DNA of 64,000 nucleotides from an uncultured Thermoplasmata archaeon (GTDB taxonomy: Archaea > Thermoplasmatota > Thermoplasmata > UBA10834). The stretch covers positions 64,001 to 128,000 of the forward strand of contig CAVRDX010000003.1 in NCBI GenBank assembly GCA_963719945.1. Reading direction: 5' to 3'. Shown here in pieces: positions 44,634 to 55,158 of the stretch. The notes beneath the pieces were generated by a model, which did no database searches, had not been told where the DNA came from, and saw nothing but the letters and a program-made list of their open reading frames with translations. Made by a program: the position numbers and the translations under genes. Every line of letters begins with the position of its first letter. Within the stretch, counting starts at the first letter, position 1.

Positions 44634-46049
44634 TTGATATGGGGGAATTGGATGGCTGAATTTAGGCCTAGGATAGTGCCAGCGATATTCGTATTGATCT
44701 TCATGACCGTCACGACGGTCTTGGCTCCATGTGCGATAGGGTCGAGCCTAACGACTCTGTCTTCTGGTGAGCCAGTTGCCTCTGGGATGTGGTCGTCAGG
44801 TCCGTACCCGTACAGGGATTTTGCCACGGTCGTGGCAACTCTCGAGGAGACTGCAGCCGAACATCCCGAGATATCACGACTGGTGGATATCGGAGATGGT
44901 TGGGAGAAGACTCAGGGAATCGCCGACAGGGACATCCTGGCGATGCGGATTACGGACAATCCGGATGCGGAGGAGGATGAGCCAGACGTTCTGTTCATTG
45001 CGCGCCAGCATTCCGATGAAGCGACCCCAACGGAGATTGCACTGCAGTTGATCGAGAACATCACCGATCAGTACGGATTGGATGCCAGGATCAGCTGGCT
45101 CGTCGACAATAGGGATATCTGGGTGATACCTGTCGTGAATCCAGATGGCATGGATTACTACATGTCGACGGGTGAGATATGGAGGAAGAACAGGCATCTG
45201 AATTACGATGGGTCCTACGGCATCGACCTGAACCGCAACTACGCCGGATCGGAGAACGGAGACCCGTTTGGTGCATGGGGTGGGGTCGGCACTTCATCCG
45301 AACCGTCAGACCCGAACTACTGTGGGGAGAGCCCATTCTCCGAACCAGAGACTCAGGCCGTGCGTGACCTCGCCTGGAGCCAAGGCTTCGAGGTGGCGGC
45401 CGACTTCCACATGTCTGGGGATGGGATAGCATGGCCTTGGGGATACACCATGGAGCCGACCGAGGATGATGCAGAACTCTCACACATAGCTGATGAACTA
45501 TCGAAACTGAACGGATACTTCACGTTGTTGTCGGCAGACATCAGTCTCACCACTGGCGACTCACTCGATTGGCTTTACGGAGGCGCAGGAGTCTATCCGT
45601 TTCTGTTCGAGGTCGGAGGCTGGGACGACTCCAACCACGCGGATGACGAGTACGACAATGTCTTAGGCCAGATCGAGGAGAACATCGCTCCATCACTCCT
45701 GCTCATCGAGATAGCGGGTGACCGTTCGGAGAAGAGGTTCGACATCCTTCATACCCCGATAGCCACTTCGAAGTACTCTGATGAAGGCATCGAGGTCTCG
45801 GTCAAGATACGGGCCGAGAGAGGAGTTGACCCATCTGGCCAGTTCATGAAATACAGGGTTGATGACGGCTCGTGGAATGAGTTGGCAATGATTCCGTCGA
45901 ATGGTATCGACACCTATGCGGCGTTGATACCTCCGCAGGCTGCAGGGAGCCTCATCGACTACTACATCGTGTCGCACGACAATGGTGGTGTCGAACTCAT
46001 GTCTCCCAGGTACGCACCATATGATGTCTACTCGTTCCTGGTGATCTAG
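44634..46049 (+). CDS. Secreted M14 zinc carboxypeptidase (carboxypeptidase T-like)
   Basis: HSDE, NPDG, WRKNR, DLNRNY, FSEPET, DFH and FEVG motifs; likely start at MAEF. Confidence 0.9.
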   Translation: MIWGNWMAEFRPRIVPAIFVLIFMTVTTVLAPCAIGSSLTTLSSGEPVASGMWSSGPYPYRDFATVVATLEETAAEHPEISRLVDIGDGWEKTQGIADRDILAMRITDNPDAEEDEPDVLFIARQHSDEATPTEIALQLIENITDQYGLDARISWLVDNRDIWVIPVVNPDGMDYYMSTGEIWRKNRHLNYDGSYGIDLNRNYAGSENGDPFGAWGGVGTSSEPSDPNYCGESPFSEPETQAVRDLAWSQGFEVAADFHMSGDGIAWPWGYTMEPTEDDAELSHIADELSKLNGYFTLLSADISLTTGDSLDWLYGGAGVYPFLFEVGGWDDSNHADDEYDNVLGQIEENIAPSLLLIEIAGDRSEKRFDILHTPIATSKYSDEGIEVSVKIRAERGVDPSGQFMKYRVDDGSWNELAMIPSNGIDTYAALIPPQAAGSLIDYYIVSHDNGGVELMSPRYAPYDVYSFLVI

Positions 46050-46213
46050 GCTCGATTGATACTGGCCATAACTCGACAGACCACATTGAGCCGTGACATA
46101 TGAGGCTGTGATCGGTCAGCGACGCAGATGCGATGCTTGTTCCGAATCTATCAGCGTCGCTACCGTCCTTATCTCTTAAATACAGGTAGCGAAATAGCGC
46201 CATCACCATACGA

Positions 46214-46307
46214 AGCCCCGTAGTGTAGTGGTCAATCATGCGAGACTCTGGATTGCGATCTCGCGAGGAGCGATCTTGCGACGGAGGTTCGAATCCTCCC
46301 GGGGCTA
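46214..46307 (+). tRNA. tRNA-Gln(CTG) with a 21-nt intron at 37/38 (46252-46272)
   Basis: AGCCCCG/CGGGGCT acceptor stem, CGAGA-CT-CTG-G[intron]A-TCTTG, GGTTCGAATCC T-arm, BHB helix CTCT/GGAG, followed by a T-tract. Confidence 0.92.
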
Positions 46308-46417
46308 CTTCCTCTTATTTTTTTGTAGTCGCTAGTGCTGGGCGGTGTCCTAGGCCTGTCGGCCACCGCCCCAATTGGTCGTAAGAATCGTCGATTGCAC
46401 GGAGACAACAATGCAGG

Positions 46418-46618
46418 TCAGACTCGGTCTCCTCTGAAGAATGTCAACATTGCAGGGTCTCGCTCCAAGGTGTCCTTCCACCATGCAGCCCTGACCCTCG
46501 GGTTGAGCTTTGACGCAGCTGCGACGTATTGCTTGAACCTCTTCTCGGCTGAATCGACTATGCCAAAATCGTCTAGTCTAGTCATCCCATCCCGATCGTT
46601 CATCCCTTCGCGCTCCAT
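46418..46618 (-). CDS. Possible small hypothetical protein
   Basis: Co-oriented just downstream of rnhA and followed by a GC hairpin at ~46340-46371; no motif recognised. Confidence 0.4.
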   Translation of the reverse strand: MEREGMNDRDGMTRLDDFGIVDSAEKRFKQYVAAASKLNPRVRAAWWKDTLERDPAMLTFFRGDRV

Positions 46619-46639
46619 TACCGTAATCGACCTGACTGA

Positions 46640-47062
46640 TTAGAAACCTTCCCCGTCCAAGGCCTCATTGACCAGTCGATCGGCTATCTGTATCCTCGGA
46701 TTCTCCCTCGGAACATACACCAGCTTGTGCCAGTGTATGTCGGCCAGTTCCTCTCTTATCTTGTCCACGAATGCCTTCAGATGCTCCGCTTTGACCTTGT
46801 ACACACCGTTCACCTGATGCACCATCAGCTCGCTGTCAGAGTGAAACTTCACTCGGTCCCGGGAGATCTTCTTCACTCGCTCGATCGCCAAGATCAACGC
46901 GTGGTATTCGGCCTCGTTGTTCGTATGGTTCCCTATGCATCTTCCTTCGCTCTCCAGGCAGCGTCCAGTTTGATCGAAGATCGCATATCCGATTGCTGCA
47001 GGTCCCGGGTTTCCCCGAGCCCCTCCGTCCGTGTAGACAAGTATTTCGAGTGGTTTTGTCAA
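46640..47062 (-). CDS. rnhA: Ribonuclease HI family protein
   Basis: YTDGGARGNPGPA, TNNEAEY, DSEL and ADRLVN motifs. Confidence 0.93.
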   Translation of the reverse strand: MTKPLEILVYTDGGARGNPGPAAIGYAIFDQTGRCLESEGRCIGNHTNNEAEYHALILAIERVKKISRDRVKFHSDSELMVHQVNGVYKVKAEHLKAFVDKIREELADIHWHKLVYVPRENPRIQIADRLVNEALDGEGF

Positions 47063-47240
47063 CCGCGCACCGCCGGAAACGAGACCTCTATCGAGCTTAT
47101 GTGATATGAAATTGCGGGACCATCGCCGATTTCGAAGGTACGTTATTGACTATCGTTTCCAGATGACGACGGCGTGCATCTGCCATTCCTGGCCGAAATT
47201 GAAATATGCAACTCCACTGTTTTCCATCGGGGAGCAGACT

Positions 47241-49871
47241 TTGGGTAGAGCGGCCACTCCGATGATGGAACAGTACTTTCGTATCAAGGAGCAATACACG
47301 GATTGTCTCCTGTTGTTCAGGCTCGGGGATTTCTACGAGATGTTCGGCGAGGACGCGGTAGTGGGATCTAAAGCTCTCGAGATAACCCTCACCTCCCGTG
47401 ATAAGGGGAAGAAGGAAAAGACACCTCTTTGTGGGATCCCATGGCACGCATTGGACTCCTACCTCCCGAAGCTGCTCAGCAAGGGCTACAAGGTCGCCAT
47501 CTGCGAACAGATGGAGGACGCCAAGTATGCGAAAGGTCTCGTGGACCGAGATGTCGTCAGGGTCGTCACTCCTGGAACGGTTCTAGAGAGTTCAGTACTC
47601 GACAGTAGTGTCAACAACTATCTCATGTCCATATGTCGATCGAATGCGATCTTCGGCATGTCGTTCGTCGATATCTCCACCGGTGAGTTCCTGGTGACTC
47701 AGATAGATTACGAGGATGCTGAGTCAAGGGTGCTGACAGAATTCGTCCAGAGATCTCCAAAGGAAGTCCTGTTTCGCGAGGGAGACCTCTCACCTGCACT
47801 GATACAGGAGTTCTCATTGTCCGAGACCACGATGACGAGACTGGATGATTTCGCATTCATGAAAGAATCATCCGAGCCGCTTCTGAAACGTCATTTCAAA
47901 TTACAGTCGCTCGAAGGCATCGGACTCGCGGACAGAGACGCTGCAATCTCAAGCGCGGGCGCGATATTGAGGTATTTGGAGAACACTCAGAAACGATCCC
48001 TCGATTTCCTGAGTCGACCGAAATACATCGAGACCTCAGAGAAGCTCATCCTTGACCAGACCACGCTCCGCAACCTGGAAGTCGCCAGGAATGTGAGGGA
48101 TGGAAAGCAGGCTGGTACATTGTTCTCCGTTCTCGATCGGACATTGACCCCGATGGGTTCCAGGTTGCTGAGGAACTGGATAATGGAACCCCTCCTGGAT
48201 GTTGAATCGGTCAACCTGCGGTTGGATGCGGTTCAGGAACTGGCCACGGACACGATAATCAGGACCGACCTTGCGTCTTCCCTTAAGAATGTCCGTGATC
48301 TCGAGCGCCTGATCTCCAAGACGATGCATGGCAGCGCGAATGCGAGGGATCTTATCGCGATCAAAGACTGCCTGGGGACTCTGCCGGAGCTGAGGGATGC
48401 GCTATCTGGATGCAATGCCTCACTGCTAGTTGAGCTAGGCAAAGTCATTGAATTCTCGAATGATATTCCGTCGTTGATCGATCGAGCGATCGCGGACGAT
48501 CCACCGCTGATGCTCAAGGACGGCGGCCTGATAAAGGACGGTTACGATGAGACGCTTGATGAACTCCGTGCATCCGCCAGGGGTGGGAAGAAATGGATCG
48601 CCAGTCTGGAAGAGAAGGAACGCGCTCGGACCGGGATCAGGACTCTGAGATTGGGCTTCAATAACGTGTTCGGATACTACATCGAGGTCTCCAAGTCCAA
48701 CGTGAAACACGTACCAGCTGATTACGAGAGGAGGCAGACCCTCGCTACTGGAGAGCGATACGTTACGCCGGAGCTCAAGGAGAAGGAGGGGATCATCCTG
48801 ACGGCACAGGAACGATCCCACTCCCTCGAGTATGATCTGTTCATCAAGGTGAGAGAAGAGGTCGCTCGCGCAGGTCCAGGGGTGCGTGAGGTCGCGCACG
48901 CGCTCGCTACTATTGACGCACTCCGCTCGTTCGCGGATGCAGCTGTGGCGAACCGATATGTCCGCCCTGAAGTGAACGATTCAGATTCGATAATTCTAAA
49001 GGATTCAAGGCATCCAGTTGTCGAGAAGACCCTGAGCGGATCGTTCGTCCCGAACGATGTCCATTTGGACACCAACCTAAATCGGTTGATAATCCTGACA
49101 GGCCCGAACATGGCCGGCAAGTCAACCTATCTCCGGCAGATCGCCCACATCGTCATCATGGCTCAGGCGGGCTCATTTGTACCCGCATCCGAAGCGAAGA
49201 TCGGTCTTGTAGATAGGATATTCACTCGCGTTGGCGCATTCGACGACCTCGCGAGGGGACAGTCGACTTTCATGGTCGAGATGACCGAGCTCGCGAACAT
49301 ATTGAACAGCGCGACGAAGAAGAGCCTCATACTTCTCGATGAGGTCGGCCGCGGAACCAGCACTTTCGACGGGCTAGCGATAGCTTGGGCCGTCTCCGAA
49401 CATCTGTATGACCACGGCAAGGTCGGAGGCAAGACCCTCTTCGCAACACACTACCATCATCTCACCGAACTCTCGGATACATTGGAGGGCGTCAAGAACT
49501 ATTCAATGGCCGTGCGAGAACAGGGTTCGGAGATTGTGTTCCTGCGCAAGATCGTCTCCGGACGGGCAAACAAAAGCTATGGTATCCAGGTAGCTAAGCT
49601 CGCTGGGGTGCCAGCCGAGGTCATAGGCAGGGCAAGGCAGGTACTGGACCGTATCGAGGAGGAGAACGTTCTCGAGGTCAAGGCAGGGAAGAAGTCTCAT
49701 AAGCAGGCCCTTCTCGTATCCGAAGCCGGGAACCTCGGAGATCATCAGGTGATAGTCGATGAGCTACGTTCGCTCGATCTCGCATCCATCAGCCCGATGG
49801 AGGCATATCTCAAACTCAACGAGTTGAAGAAGAGGATCGGTGGATCGAATGGGAAGAATAAGGGTGCTTGA
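47241..49871 (+). CDS. mutS: DNA mismatch repair protein MutS (MutS1)
   Basis: TPMMEQY, GDFYEMF, TGPNMAGKST, STFMVEM and DEVGRGT motifs; TTG start after GGGGAG. Confidence 0.96.
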   Translation: MGRAATPMMEQYFRIKEQYTDCLLLFRLGDFYEMFGEDAVVGSKALEITLTSRDKGKKEKTPLCGIPWHALDSYLPKLLSKGYKVAICEQMEDAKYAKGLVDRDVVRVVTPGTVLESSVLDSSVNNYLMSICRSNAIFGMSFVDISTGEFLVTQIDYEDAESRVLTEFVQRSPKEVLFREGDLSPALIQEFSLSETTMTRLDDFAFMKESSEPLLKRHFKLQSLEGIGLADRDAAISSAGAILRYLENTQKRSLDFLSRPKYIETSEKLILDQTTLRNLEVARNVRDGKQAGTLFSVLDRTLTPMGSRLLRNWIMEPLLDVESVNLRLDAVQELATDTIIRTDLASSLKNVRDLERLISKTMHGSANARDLIAIKDCLGTLPELRDALSGCNASLLVELGKVIEFSNDIPSLIDRAIADDPPLMLKDGGLIKDGYDETLDELRASARGGKKWIASLEEKERARTGIRTLRLGFNNVFGYYIEVSKSNVKHVPADYERRQTLATGERYVTPELKEKEGIILTAQERSHSLEYDLFIKVREEVARAGPGVREVAHALATIDALRSFADAAVANRYVRPEVNDSDSIILKDSRHPVVEKTLSGSFVPNDVHLDTNLNRLIILTGPNMAGKSTYLRQIAHIVIMAQAGSFVPASEAKIGLVDRIFTRVGAFDDLARGQSTFMVEMTELANILNSATKKSLILLDEVGRGTSTFDGLAIAWAVSEHLYDHGKVGGKTLFATHYHHLTELSDTLEGVKNYSMAVREQGSEIVFLRKIVSGRANKSYGIQVAKLAGVPAEVIGRARQVLDRIEEENVLEVKAGKKSHKQALLVSEAGNLGDHQVIVDELRSLDLASISPMEAYLKLNELKKRIGGSNGKNKGA

Positions 49872-51546
49872 CGAATCCACCATAAACAAGATCGCTGCCG
49901 GCGAGGTAGTCGAGCGACCCGCATCGGTGGTAAAGGAATTGATGGAGAATTCTCTGGATGCTGGTGCTGATTCGGTCAACGTATACATCGAAGACGGAGG
50001 TCGCCAGTCCATCATTATCCGAGACGATGGTTACGGGATGTCCAGGGATGATGTGGAGAAAGCGTTCACCAGACACGCGACCAGCAAGATAACCGATATC
50101 GATGACCTGAACTCCTTGTCCTCCTACGGATTCAGAGGTGAAGCGTTGTCCTCCATCGCCTCCGTATCCAGAGTCCTCATGAGGACGAGGGAGCACGGAT
50201 CCGCGGAGGGGACCGAGGTCCGGCTTGCAGGCGGTGTGGTCGAAGCCATATCCACAACGGGGTGTCCACCTGGCACCGAGATAGCTGTGACCGACCTGTT
50301 CTTCAATATACCCGCGCGGCGGAAGTCGTTGAAGTCGAGAGCGACTGAGTTGGCCCATTGCAAGGATGTCGTGATCGATTACTTGCTTTGCAGGCCTGGC
50401 ATATCATTCTCGTTCCATTCTGATGGGAGGGCCGAGCTTGTCCATTCACCCGGTGAGGGTATGAACGGTTCTCTCGCAACGGCGTTCGGACCGCGGATCG
50501 CGGAGAACATAATGGTGGCCGATGCAGATGATGACGGGATAAGAGTCCAATCATACGTGGCGCGTCTTGAACAAACGCGGTCCTCTCCATTGGACCTTAG
50601 ACTGTTCGTGAACGACAGACCAGTGCGCAGCTCCAGGCTCGTCTCTGCGGTCGTGCGTGCATTCGGCTCGCGTCTGATGAAGGACCGATATCCGGTCGGC
50701 GCGATCAGGATATTCATCGATGGCGGCAAGGTCGATGTGAACGTCCATCCGACCAAGCGAGAAGTACGGTTCAGTGACGAACACATGATCATCTCTGTTC
50801 TCGAGAGGTGCATCGAATCGGCATTGAGTGAGCCGGACCTGTCCTTCAGGTACGACCTCACAAAGTTCGCAGGCTCCTTTGAACCTTCAACCACGGCGAC
50901 ACCATCTGAGCGGGTCGAGCAGGTGCAATCGGTTCTGAAATTGGATGAGCGGAACGCTCATGAGAGCAAGGGTTCCCCGCATATCGTTCCTCTTGCCCAG
51001 ATTATGAACACATACATACTCGCTGAATCAGCAGGCAATCTGCTGCTGATCGATCAACACGCGGCTTCAGAGCGAGTGGTGTACGAGCGGGTCCTGGAAT
51101 CTATGAGGTCCGGAAGCGAGGTCTCTCAGAGGCTGTTGACACCGCTGGTCATCCGTCTCACCGCCTCGGAGACCAAGGTCTTCCATGACAACCGAGAACT
51201 GGTGGAGAAGGCAGGGTTCGACCTGGAATCATTCGGAGATGACGAGTATATGCTGCGTTCAATCCCAACTGTCCTTGGCGTATCCCTTGGCGAGGTCGCT
51301 CTGAGGAAGATCCTGGATGACCTCTCACAGATGCCTTCACCGAAGCAGCTCGGTCAGGAAGTCATTTGGCGGGTCGCTTGCCATACTGCCATCAGGGCAG
51401 GTGAAACCCTCACAGATGGTCAGATGCGGCAGCTCATCTCTGAGCTGATGAATACCGAGAGCCCGTATACCTGTGAACACGGTCGGCCGACAATGATTAT
51501 ACTATCACCCGCAGATCTTGAGCGATTGTTCAAGAGGCGGGTCTGA
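49849..51546 (+). CDS. mutL: DNA mismatch repair endonuclease MutL
   Basis: IAAGEVVERP, GFRGEAL, DVNVHPTK, endonuclease motif DQHAASERVVYE and CEHGRP. Confidence 0.96.
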   Translation: MGRIRVLDESTINKIAAGEVVERPASVVKELMENSLDAGADSVNVYIEDGGRQSIIIRDDGYGMSRDDVEKAFTRHATSKITDIDDLNSLSSYGFRGEALSSIASVSRVLMRTREHGSAEGTEVRLAGGVVEAISTTGCPPGTEIAVTDLFFNIPARRKSLKSRATELAHCKDVVIDYLLCRPGISFSFHSDGRAELVHSPGEGMNGSLATAFGPRIAENIMVADADDDGIRVQSYVARLEQTRSSPLDLRLFVNDRPVRSSRLVSAVVRAFGSRLMKDRYPVGAIRIFIDGGKVDVNVHPTKREVRFSDEHMIISVLERCIESALSEPDLSFRYDLTKFAGSFEPSTTATPSERVEQVQSVLKLDERNAHESKGSPHIVPLAQIMNTYILAESAGNLLLIDQHAASERVVYERVLESMRSGSEVSQRLLTPLVIRLTASETKVFHDNRELVEKAGFDLESFGDDEYMLRSIPTVLGVSLGEVALRKILDDLSQMPSPKQLGQEVIWRVACHTAIRAGETLTDGQMRQLISELMNTESPYTCEHGRPTMIILSPADLERLFKRRV

Positions 51547-51550
51547 CCCT

Positions 51551-53005
51551 TCACGCGTGCTTGAATATCTGGCTTCCGTCGCTGTTCAATATTCCGTATT
51601 TCGTGGTGACTTCTCCCACTCTCGTGGCAGCATCCTTTTCCAGCAGCGGTGGCAAGTGTGATTCGAGTATCGTTCTTACCTTCCTCTTCGCATGCTCGAT
51701 CATATCGTCTGTCGACCTGCTGACCAGACTCTGATCGTGATGCCCAGTCACCTGCGGGATGAGCAACTCTTTTCTCATATGCTTCAGAGTGTGTGGGTCC
51801 GATAGGAACGTGCCTCCAGGGCCCTGCCTCTGGATGGCATCGAATCCGATCCTGTCATCATCTATCTCGACCCCTCTTCTCAATCTCTCGAGCCATCTCC
51901 ACGCCTCGCAGTCCATCACGAGCTTCTCCTTGGATACGATCGATGCGCGGTCCATGCCACCAAGGCCGACCATGAGGTCCGAACCGGAAAGGATCGATGC
52001 CATCGAAGTCACCCCTGTCTGAAACCCTGACTCGAACATCAGGAAACGCGAGGCGTTGGACGGCCCGCCAGCACACGATGGCAATCCGTAATGTTTCGCC
52101 ATCTCGATTGCTGCGACATCCATTAGCACTCCCTCCGGAGTTCCACAGAGGAACACGCCTGATCTGAGATCGGTGACTCCAGAAAACGACGAGTATATGC
52201 AAGGCGCTCCTCGACTTGCGACCTGCGACATCGTGATACCACAGAGGTTCTCGGCGGCGATGATTGCCACTGATCCTGCAAGGGAGACCGGGGTCACCGA
52301 CCCTGCAATCGCCATTGAGAGATGTACGACAGGGACGCCTGCCTTCGCGAGGGTGACCAAAGCCTCTGCCTCGCCACGGTCGTATCTGAGTGGGGATATG
52401 GGGGTGCACACATCGGAGAATATGGGTCGCTTCCTGAGTTCCTCCTCTCCGCCGAGAATCGCAGCTGCGACCTCTATCTGGAACCTCGCCTCCTCGACTG
52501 ACGCAGCGCCATGCTGTATGTGTTTTGAACAGTGTGTGATCGCCGCGAGGAACTCATAGAACGAGGACCGGTCGGACGGCATATCCGTTGCGACGACCGG
52601 TGGCCAGACGAAATCGACCTCAGGGAGCGCATCTGCGATCAAGCACAGGTCTATCAGATCCTTGAGTTTCGATGATCTCTTCGTCCCTGTCTCAAGATCG
52701 AATATGGCAGGAGGTTGTCCATCGGTGGATATCAGTTGGACTCCATCATCCGGGATCTCGTAGTCAGTGCCCCTTCTGGAGCATATCCTCACCTTCTTCG
52801 GCGCAGATTGAAGGGCATCTCTTATGAGGGACTCTCCGAGGTGCGCCAGCTGTTTGTCTGGATCCACCTTCGCCCCGGCTCTGTCGAGCAGTTGAAGAAC
52901 TGCTGGACTTTCCACCCTCACCCCAGTCTCTTCCAGCACTCTCAGAGCTGTCTGATGTATGGTCTCCCTGTCATCTCTTGAGAGCACGCTCATGCTCGTC
53001 GTCAT
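51551..53005 (-). CDS. Trimethylamine methyltransferase (MttB) superfamily protein, non-pyrrolysine type
   Basis: IHQTALRVLEETGV, ISPLRY, AIAGSVTPVSLAG, GTPE and GPGGTFL motifs; no in-frame amber codon. Confidence 0.88.
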   Translation of the reverse strand: MTTSMSVLSRDDRETIHQTALRVLEETGVRVESPAVLQLLDRAGAKVDPDKQLAHLGESLIRDALQSAPKKVRICSRRGTDYEIPDDGVQLISTDGQPPAIFDLETGTKRSSKLKDLIDLCLIADALPEVDFVWPPVVATDMPSDRSSFYEFLAAITHCSKHIQHGAASVEEARFQIEVAAAILGGEEELRKRPIFSDVCTPISPLRYDRGEAEALVTLAKAGVPVVHLSMAIAGSVTPVSLAGSVAIIAAENLCGITMSQVASRGAPCIYSSFSGVTDLRSGVFLCGTPEGVLMDVAAIEMAKHYGLPSCAGGPSNASRFLMFESGFQTGVTSMASILSGSDLMVGLGGMDRASIVSKEKLVMDCEAWRWLERLRRGVEIDDDRIGFDAIQRQGPGGTFLSDPHTLKHMRKELLIPQVTGHHDQSLVSRSTDDMIEHAKRKVRTILESHLPPLLEKDAATRVGEVTTKYGILNSDGSQIFKHA

Positions 53006-53260
53006 AGGTCCTTCCTCCTCCGTCTATCGGGCGCCGCAGGATCCCCTGAGAAACTCACCTGCAGCGGTTAATCCAAGATGCATGATTACTAGATTAACGC
53101 TCCGGGCCCCCTTTGCTGACTCCCGATTTAGCCTTTGCGATATTCTTATCTTGGCTACTCTGAAACCTCGGCTCAGCCATCCCGACACGCGTTCGATGAT
53201 AATCACCCGAAAACTATTACTCCCTCGACATGGCTCACACCAACCTCAGAGGGTGCCCCT

Positions 53261-53989
53261 ATGGGTTTGAACATGGCTATCACTGAATTGAATTCAGAAA
53301 AAGCGCTGTGCAAGAAGAAGAAGATGACACTGGCCAAAGTGTATGTGGACGATCCCGCGAAGTGGGGTTCGTTGGTCGAGCTGGATAAGATCGTCGACCT
53401 GAAGAAGGCTGCCGCCAAGCTCGGACAGGACAAACTGGGCGAGATCCTGAAGAGGAGCCGGCTCAAGCCCGAAGGTGACGAGATCCACGCAGAGAAGGTC
53501 AAGGATGCCAACGACCAGAAGACGTTGGAACCATTCACTAGCGATGTGAAGACGAACTGGATCCTCATGGAGAAGGTGCCGGATTCTAAGAAGAAGGACG
53601 TGATCGCTGCTGCGAAGATGAACAACTCGGTGACGGAATGGGACCTCGTCGAGTTCGATGACATGTACGCGACCTGTGCCAAGTGTGGTCTGTCATGGGA
53701 CAACAAGAAGGGGTGCGTTGGTAATTTTGGTCCGAGTGGATCACCGGTTCCTGAACTCGCAAAGAAGAACGGATTGACTCTCCTGTCAAAAGTCAATGAG
53801 CACGCCGAGGGGAAGAAGGTGCTGACTTCGAAGGATGCCGAGAAGCTGCTGTCCGAGATCAAGGTGCTGAGGGAGAAGACCCCTGCTGAGGGTAAGATGA
53901 TGGTCCGCAGGATCGAAGGCACTCTCAACAGGCTCGAAGCCATGGCGAAGTGTGTCAAGGAATATGATGTAGGGTTCTACTTCTTCTGA
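53261..53989 (+). CDS. Hypothetical protein with a Cys cluster
   Basis: Long ORF with typical codon usage; CAKCGLSW...GCVGNFGP. Confidence 0.75.
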   Translation: MGLNMAITELNSEKALCKKKKMTLAKVYVDDPAKWGSLVELDKIVDLKKAAAKLGQDKLGEILKRSRLKPEGDEIHAEKVKDANDQKTLEPFTSDVKTNWILMEKVPDSKKKDVIAAAKMNNSVTEWDLVEFDDMYATCAKCGLSWDNKKGCVGNFGPSGSPVPELAKKNGLTLLSKVNEHAEGKKVLTSKDAEKLLSEIKVLREKTPAEGKMMVRRIEGTLNRLEAMAKCVKEYDVGFYFF

Positions 53990-53991
53990 GC

Positions 53992-55095
53992 GTGGGAAGT
54001 GACTTCTTGGGCCACGAGGACGTCCCCGACGATGTGATGCGGCCGTCTATCTTGCGTATCGATTCCCCAGAGGGGACGCTCTCGCTCGAGATAATGCCCA
54101 TCCGGCCAGGTGTCGGTCGGGCTTTCGTCAGAAATTCCCCCAGGACGCTCAGGCTGAACTCGACCAGTTCCAAACAACTCAATGATGCCTTGCTCGGGAC
54201 AGGACTTAATCGCATATTGCTGGCGGATAACAAGAAGAGGATCGTCCAGAGTGCGTTGTCTCCTTACGGATGGTCCACGAAGAGGGCGGTCGCTCCGATA
54301 GTGGACCACAAGTGCACTGTCTGCACGACCTACGACCTCCCTTTGGACGAGAACCTTCGCGATGACAATGGCGCAATCCCACAACTCCGAGAAACGAATC
54401 ACATGATGGGTATCGGGATCAACCTTGGTATTAGTAGGACTGCGTGGGGGTTCTATACGGACGACGGAGAGACTGCTAGGATCGTTTCGGAAGGGTCGCG
54501 GAAGCAGGGCATGATGGTGGCATCGAGCGAGGAGGACCTCGAGCGAGCCGCTGAATGCCTGGTCAGGTTCCTGGCCGCTTCCAGGAAGAGATGGGCCGTG
54601 TTCTCGACCAACATGGGCAGGTTCATTCGACCCTATGACCCGATGGTCATGTGGCGAATGGTGTTAGACGATCCGAAAGGTCACAATCATTCGGTTAGGC
54701 CACTCTCGAAGGACAATCGCAAGGCTATGACCAGATTGTTCTCCGAATACTACGATGAGGGTATGTTGTCGGCTTCGATGCGCCTCAGGCGAATGTCCGC
54801 TGACAAGAACTACTCTCAGTTCGTGACCGATGGCGGATTCGTCATTGTCCGCAAGGAAGGCGAGACCGGCCTCATATACGACATCTATGTAACGCCTTCC
54901 AGACAAGGTGAAGGTATAGGTGGCGAGCTCATGCGTTGTGCTCTGTCTTCACTGGCTGGACGTACCACATCGGTCTACCTTCACACCAGTTATCCGCGGG
55001 CGAAGGCGCTATATGAGAGGTTCGGGTTCAAAGCAGTCTATTCGCAGTTGGCGGTCAGACTGGACGAATTGGTCCTGGAGCCACCCTCAACCTAG
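53992..55095 (+). CDS. GNAT-family acetyltransferase (C-terminal GNAT domain)
   Basis: IYVTPSRQGEGIG and AKALYERFGF motifs. Confidence 0.85.
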   Translation: MGSDFLGHEDVPDDVMRPSILRIDSPEGTLSLEIMPIRPGVGRAFVRNSPRTLRLNSTSSKQLNDALLGTGLNRILLADNKKRIVQSALSPYGWSTKRAVAPIVDHKCTVCTTYDLPLDENLRDDNGAIPQLRETNHMMGIGINLGISRTAWGFYTDDGETARIVSEGSRKQGMMVASSEEDLERAAECLVRFLAASRKRWAVFSTNMGRFIRPYDPMVMWRMVLDDPKGHNHSVRPLSKDNRKAMTRLFSEYYDEGMLSASMRLRRMSADKNYSQFVTDGGFVIVRKEGETGLIYDIYVTPSRQGEGIGGELMRCALSSLAGRTTSVYLHTSYPRAKALYERFGFKAVYSQLAVRLDELVLEPPST

Positions 55096-55158
55096 AAATA
55101 TCAAAACCCCAATCACTCGGTCCGTGGCAGTATCGCCGACCCAAAGGGGGAGGTCCAG

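Noticed and set aside
51551-53005. Pyrrolysine recoding in the MttB-family gene
   Set aside because: The ORF is uninterrupted with no in-frame TAG, and no pyl genes are in the window.
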